Source of the DNA: Armatimonadota bacterium
Lineage (GTDB): Bacteria > Armatimonadota > Zipacnadia > Zipacnadales > UBA5352
Reading direction: 5' to 3'
Length of the DNA: 20,193 nucleotides
NCBI GenBank assembly: GCA_034722055.1
Contig: JAYENL010000291.1
Coordinates: 1-20,193, forward strand
This document shows, piece by piece, positions 16,087 to 20,193 of this stretch. Positions within the stretch are counted from its first letter, which is position 1. Each line of letters begins with the position of its first letter. The position numbers and the translations under genes are program-made. The notes below the pieces were generated by a model. The model worked only from the letters and a program-made list of their open reading frames with translations. It was not told the DNA's origin and ran no database searches.

Positions 16087-18460
16087 CCAGGCCCCCCCGG
16101 AGCCGTCGCGGGTGCCCGCCGCCGTCCTGGCGGGCGTCTTTCTCATCGCCCTCTCGGCGCTGACCTTTGAGGTGGCGCTCACCCGCGCCTTCAGCGTGCT
16201 GCTGCGCTATCACTTCGTCTTCCTGGCCATCTCCCTGGCCACCTGCGGGCTGGGGGTGGGGGGCCTGCTGGACTTCCTGTGGTTGCGCTCCCGCCCCGGC
16301 GGTGACGATCGCGCCACCCTCAGCCTCCTGGCCGCCGCCACCGGCGCGGCCTACGTCGGCTCCATCGCGCTGCTGTTCTCGTCGCCGCTGTCGGGGCATA
16401 TCACCTCCCTGGGCATCGTGGGCGGCGTCTGCATCGTGCCCTTCATCCTGGCCGGCGGCTTCCTTAGCCATGCCTTCGCCGCCTGGTCGCAGCAGGGCGG
16501 GAGGATGTACTTCTTTGACCTCACCGGCGCGGCGCTGGGGAGCTGCGGCGTCATCATCGCCCTGCAACTGCTCGGCGCCACTGGGGTGCCCTTCCTGTGC
16601 GCCGGCCTGGCCGCCCTGGCGGCCGCCGCGGTGGCGCCAGGAGTCGCGCTGCGGGTCCTGGGGGGTGCCCTCACGCTGGCCGCCGCGGCGGCGGTGGCCG
16701 TCAGCGCCCGCCATCCGCTCATCGAGCTGCCCACCGTGCCGCCCGACGCCGGCCCCTCCGCCAAGCCCCTCTTCCGCGAGCTGGCCGATCCGGACATCAA
16801 AGCGAAGATCGTCTACACTGAGTGGAACGCCTTCGCCCGCACCGACGTGGTGGCCAACGCCCGGCCCGACGGCACCTATCACCCCACCGACGACCTCTAC
16901 GTCTACACCGACGGCGAGGTGCCCACCAACCTCATCCACTTCGACGGCGATCTGGACGCCCTTGCCAACCGCTACGCGCACTTCATCGGCTTCTTCCCCT
17001 TCCGCTCCGGCCGGCCGAACAGCGTCCTGCTCATCGGCCCCGGCGCCGGCCTCGACGTGCTGCTGGCGCTCGCCGCCGGCGCCTCCGAGATCGAGGGGGC
17101 CGAGCTCAACCCCTCCATGCTCCCCATCGTCCGCCGCTACCGCGACTTCGCCGGCCCGGTCTACGACTACCAGAACGTGCACGTGGTGACCGCCGAGGGC
17201 CGCAGCTACGTCCGCCGCTCGCCGCGCAAGTACGATCTCATCTACATGGCGCTGACCAAGACCGCCACCACCGCCGCCAGCAGCCTGGCGCTGGTGGAGA
17301 GCTACGTGCACACCGTGGAGGGCTTTCAGGACTACCTCGCACACCTCTCCGAGGACGGCCAGCTCGCCATCGTCTGCCAGCACCCGCTGGTGCTCGCCAG
17401 ACTCCTGCTCACCGGCTGCGAGGCCCTTCAGCGGGAGGGCGTGCCCAGGGAGCGGGCCCTGCGGCAGATCGCCATCCTCAGCGTGCCCGAGTACCAGTAC
17501 GCCTTCGGCCCCTACCGCCACCTGGTGATGGTCTTTCGGCGCCCGCTGTCCCCGCAGCGGTCGGCGGAGCTTGCCAGGATGGCCGTCGCGCTGGGCCTGG
17601 CACCGCGCTACTTCCCCGACGCCGTCGAGCAGCCACCCCTGAACTGGGTCGAGGACATCACCAGCCGAGAGTTCGTGGAGCGCTTCGATCGCTGGTGGCC
17701 CCACGCTGACGTGGATGTAAGCCCCTGCACCGACGACCGGCCCTTCATCATCGACTTCAATCCCGGCGTCCCGCCCCAGATGACCCGCTTCATCGCCGCC
17801 ATCGCTCTTGGCGTGCTGCTCTTCGCGGGGCTGAGCATCGCGTGGCTGGTGCGCTGGGGGCAGGAGCGCGCCGGGCCGCTGACCGGCGCCGTGGCCTACT
17901 TCGCGCTCCTGGGCGCCGGGTACATGCTGGTGGAGGTGTGTCTGGCCCAGAAGCTGATTCTGTATCTGGGCTACCCGGCGCTGACGCTGTCGGTGATCCT
18001 GTTCGCGCTGCTTATTGGCAGCGGCGCCGGGAGCCTGTTCAGCCAGGCCTGGCCCCGACCGGGGATGCTCCGCTCGGCGGCCCTGGCAGCGCTGGTGGTG
18101 GCCGTGGCGGTGGTGGTGCTGCTGCTGGTGCTGCCCACCATCCTCTCCGCCACCCTCTCCTGGAACGTGGGGCTGCGCACTTTCGTCACCATGACGCTGC
18201 TGGCGCCGCTGGGCTTCGCGATGGGCATGCCCTTCCCCACCGGCCTGCGGGAGGTCGGTGGCTGGGGCGCCGCCATCGTGCCCTGGGCGTGGGGGATCAA
18301 CGGAGTGGCGTCAGTGCTGGGATCGGTGGCCGCCATGCTGGCCGCCAAGCTGTGGGGCTTCCAGACCGTGCTGCTGGGGGGAGCGGCCGTCTACGCGGCA
18401 GCCTTCGCCCTGGCCGCCGCCGCGCACGCCCGGCGGGGCGCACTGCCGGGCAGGTCCTGA
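16079..18460 (+). CDS. Membrane-embedded spermidine-synthase-like class I SAM-dependent methyltransferase-fold protein
   Basis: N-terminal TM bundle (FEVALTR, YFFDLTGAALG), SAM motif LLIGPGAGLDV, AEGRSYVRRSPRKYDLI, PCTDDRPF, C-terminal TMs (GMPFPTGL, WAWGINGVASVLGS). Start uncertain: CTG 16079 or GTG 16112. Confidence 0.85.
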   Translation: MTDQAPPEPSRVPAAVLAGVFLIALSALTFEVALTRAFSVLLRYHFVFLAISLATCGLGVGGLLDFLWLRSRPGGDDRATLSLLAAATGAAYVGSIALLFSSPLSGHITSLGIVGGVCIVPFILAGGFLSHAFAAWSQQGGRMYFFDLTGAALGSCGVIIALQLLGATGVPFLCAGLAALAAAAVAPGVALRVLGGALTLAAAAAVAVSARHPLIELPTVPPDAGPSAKPLFRELADPDIKAKIVYTEWNAFARTDVVANARPDGTYHPTDDLYVYTDGEVPTNLIHFDGDLDALANRYAHFIGFFPFRSGRPNSVLLIGPGAGLDVLLALAAGASEIEGAELNPSMLPIVRRYRDFAGPVYDYQNVHVVTAEGRSYVRRSPRKYDLIYMALTKTATTAASSLALVESYVHTVEGFQDYLAHLSEDGQLAIVCQHPLVLARLLLTGCEALQREGVPRERALRQIAILSVPEYQYAFGPYRHLVMVFRRPLSPQRSAELARMAVALGLAPRYFPDAVEQPPLNWVEDITSREFVERFDRWWPHADVDVSPCTDDRPFIIDFNPGVPPQMTRFIAAIALGVLLFAGLSIAWLVRWGQERAGPLTGAVAYFALLGAGYMLVEVCLAQKLILYLGYPALTLSVILFALLIGSGAGSLFSQAWPRPGMLRSAALAALVVAVAVVVLLLVLPTILSATLSWNVGLRTFVTMTLLAPLGFAMGMPFPTGLREVGGWGAAIVPWAWGINGVASVLGSVAAMLAAKLWGFQTVLLGGAAVYAAAFALAAAAHARRGALPGRS

Positions 18461-18546
18461 GGGCCGCCTCGGGGAAATAATACCCGAAGCCTGAAGGCAG
18501 CCCTCATTCGCACTCATCACGCTTCATCGAGGGATACATTCGGACT

Positions 18547-19131
18547 ATGGCTCGAGCCACACGCGTTGAGATTCGCAACGAGCGCACGCGCCAGGTCATC
18601 GATCGAGTCAACACCGAGATCGAGGACTGGACCATGGCCCAGCTCGAGGAGCATAACATGACGCACCGGACGCGGATGGCCGCCGAGAACGCCTACAAGA
18701 AGGTCATCTGCGGCCGCAAGTACCTGGTGGTGCCCAGGCACACCGACGAGGAGCAGTTCTTCCTGCGGCTGATGGTCCTGTATGCCATGGCCCTGCGGCC
18801 TGGCCTGCAGCCCAAGGCCAACGAGGTCGCCGACTATCTGTCCACCAACTACCCCTACGAGTGGACGCAGTTCCCAACCAACCGCCCCGCCGTCCGGCGC
18901 GCCCGGGACATGATCCTCTCCGCCGCCGAGTCCCAGTTCGGCGAGACCCCCATGGCCGCCCCCCTGGCCTACGTCTACCACCACCATGAGACCCTCAAGA
19001 TCGAGAACGTCTCCAACTACGGGGAGTGCTACGCCCGTGCGGCGGGGCTGGTCCGGCTCCGGCACTTCCACAACTCAGAGCAGGCGTGGCGCGAGAGGCT
19101 CGGCCTCCACCAGCTCCATAAGACCACATGA
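18547..19131 (+). CDS. Hypothetical protein (194 aa), no recognised family
   Basis: ATG-TGA ORF with strong GC3 bias and normal globular composition; fills the gap between flanking genes; GAGGGA upstream. Confidence 0.8.
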   Translation: MARATRVEIRNERTRQVIDRVNTEIEDWTMAQLEEHNMTHRTRMAAENAYKKVICGRKYLVVPRHTDEEQFFLRLMVLYAMALRPGLQPKANEVADYLSTNYPYEWTQFPTNRPAVRRARDMILSAAESQFGETPMAAPLAYVYHHHETLKIENVSNYGECYARAAGLVRLRHFHNSEQAWRERLGLHQLHKTT

Positions 19132-19141
19132 GACCGCCCGG

Positions 19142-20020
19142 TCACAGCGCGTCGGCCGCGGCCGACAATGCGCCCGCGATGAGTCGCTGGCTGCGCCCCA
19201 GCGCCGCCAGATCGTCGGACTCCTCCAGCTCGAAGCTGAGCATACCCTGGTACTGGGCGGCCAGCAGCTCCCGCATCAGCGCCGGGTAGTCGATCACGCC
19301 TGTGCCGCACTCCCGATGATCCCGCAGGCCCTCCGCCCGCACATCGTGCAGGTGCACGTGGCTGATCCTGCCCCGCAGCGATCGCACGTGCCGCCACACC
19401 AGCGCGTTATACGCCTCACCGATCGCCTCCGGCCGGCGCTCGTCCTCGCTCAGCAGCGCCCGCAGGTGCCCCACGTCCACCGTCGCCCCCACCGCCGGGT
19501 GGTCGATATCGCGGATCAGGGCCGCGAAGGCCTCGACCCCCGGCGGGAAGCCCGTCTCCACCGTCACCGCGCACCCCAGCTCCCCGGCCAGGTCCCCCAG
19601 CTCCCGGTAGAGCTCCAGCACATCCTGCCGGTACTCGGCCAGCTCGTAGCCCGGCCTGGGGATCACGTGCGTGGTGATGGTGGATGCCCCCAGGCCGGCG
19701 GCCCCGCGCACCGTCGCCCGGAGCTGCTCCCTGGAGGCCCTGCGGAGCGCGGAGTTCACCGAGAAGGGCGCCACCTCCCAGAAGGGCGCGTGGACGCTGA
19801 CGTCCTCGAAGGGCGCCAGCAGCCCCGCCAGCTCCTCCCGGCCGGCATCGTCCAGCTCGTCCAGCCATACGCCGGGCAGGTCGCCCTGGCTGTGCCGGTA
19901 GCCCTCGAACCCCAGCAGCTCCACGCCCTCCAGGCCCAGCTCCGCTCCCAGGCGCGCCGCCTCCTCCAGCGGACGGTTGGGCAGCGACGCCACGTTGAAG
20001 CCCAGCCGCATAGCGCTCAT
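19142..20020 (-). CDS. Sugar phosphate isomerase/epimerase (xylose-isomerase-like TIM barrel, AP endonuclease 2 family)
   Basis: GLEGVEL, VHAPF, VTVETG, TVDVGH, HVHLHD, DHRECGTGVIDY, YQGMLSFE metal-site motifs; GGAGAGG RBS before ATG at 20020. Confidence 0.9.
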   Translation of the reverse strand: MSAMRLGFNVASLPNRPLEEAARLGAELGLEGVELLGFEGYRHSQGDLPGVWLDELDDAGREELAGLLAPFEDVSVHAPFWEVAPFSVNSALRRASREQLRATVRGAAGLGASTITTHVIPRPGYELAEYRQDVLELYRELGDLAGELGCAVTVETGFPPGVEAFAALIRDIDHPAVGATVDVGHLRALLSEDERRPEAIGEAYNALVWRHVRSLRGRISHVHLHDVRAEGLRDHRECGTGVIDYPALMRELLAAQYQGMLSFELEESDDLAALGRSQRLIAGALSAAADAL

Positions 20021-20037
20021 GCACACCTCTCCCTCGA

Positions 20038-20193
20038 CTAGTGCTAAGTCGCAGAAGTTCGCGTACCTTCCTACGTCCCGACAAGAGGCGTGCCCGCCAT
20101 GGAGGGGCCGCCGCGAGCGAAGCGAGCGGGGCGCGATCAGGAGCGGTAGCGACTGACCGCGCAGGTTCCACCCCGGCCCACTGGAGACCTTCG
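20038..20193. mobile_element. Possible end of an IS630-type element or MITE (runs off the window)
   Basis: CTAGTGCTAAGTCGCAGAAGTTCG resembles recalled IS630-like termini (TA/CTAG then GTG...CAGAAGTTCG); internal GAGCGAAGCGA and GAGCGGTAGCGA motifs and a hairpin. No transposase or second end is visible. Confidence 0.35.

Noticed and set aside
1569..17704. Long antisense ORFs (1569-2855, 3753-5273, 6274-8340, 10659-11894, 12445-13407, 13759-16182, 16052-17704)
   Set aside because: They lie opposite well-supported genes; stop-free antisense frames are expected in high-GC3 DNA and the translations show no family motifs.
18986..20171. Alternative ORFs 18986-20041 (+) and 19416-20171 (-)
   Set aside because: Shadows of the isomerase gene, which has clear motifs and an RBS.

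Overview
GC-rich (~70%) bacterial chromosomal window, almost all genes on the + strand. The gene style (secreted GH42-like enzyme, PQQ propeller with a GPGMP tail, LapA, STN domain) suggests a diderm such as Armatimonadota; this taxonomy is inference only. Order: 5'-truncated protein with a C-terminal STN-like domain; a ~500-bp intergenic region with a possible decayed ABC-ATPase fragment, REP-like palindromes and a 23-bp tandem repeat; a XerC/D-family tyrosine recombinase; an orphan HycI-type hydrogenase maturation protease; an unannotated 45-aa ORF; a dif-like 28-mer; a secreted GH42-like glycosidase; a structured intergenic region ending in a perfect TTGACA-18-TATAAT promoter overlapped by a palindrome; a four-gene envelope operon (TPR protein, non-catalytic M16 peptidase, BamB-like beta-propeller, LapA-domain protein) closed by an intrinsic terminator; dprA, topA (five C4 zinc ribbons) and a spermidine-synthase-like membrane methyltransferase; a 194-aa orphan; a minus-strand sugar-phosphate isomerase; and a possible IS630/MITE-like end at the right edge. 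The two most interesting candidates are the recombinase/protease/micro-ORF/dif-like cassette and the palindrome-associated TPR-M16-BamB-LapA operon. No rRNA, tRNA or CRISPR array was seen.
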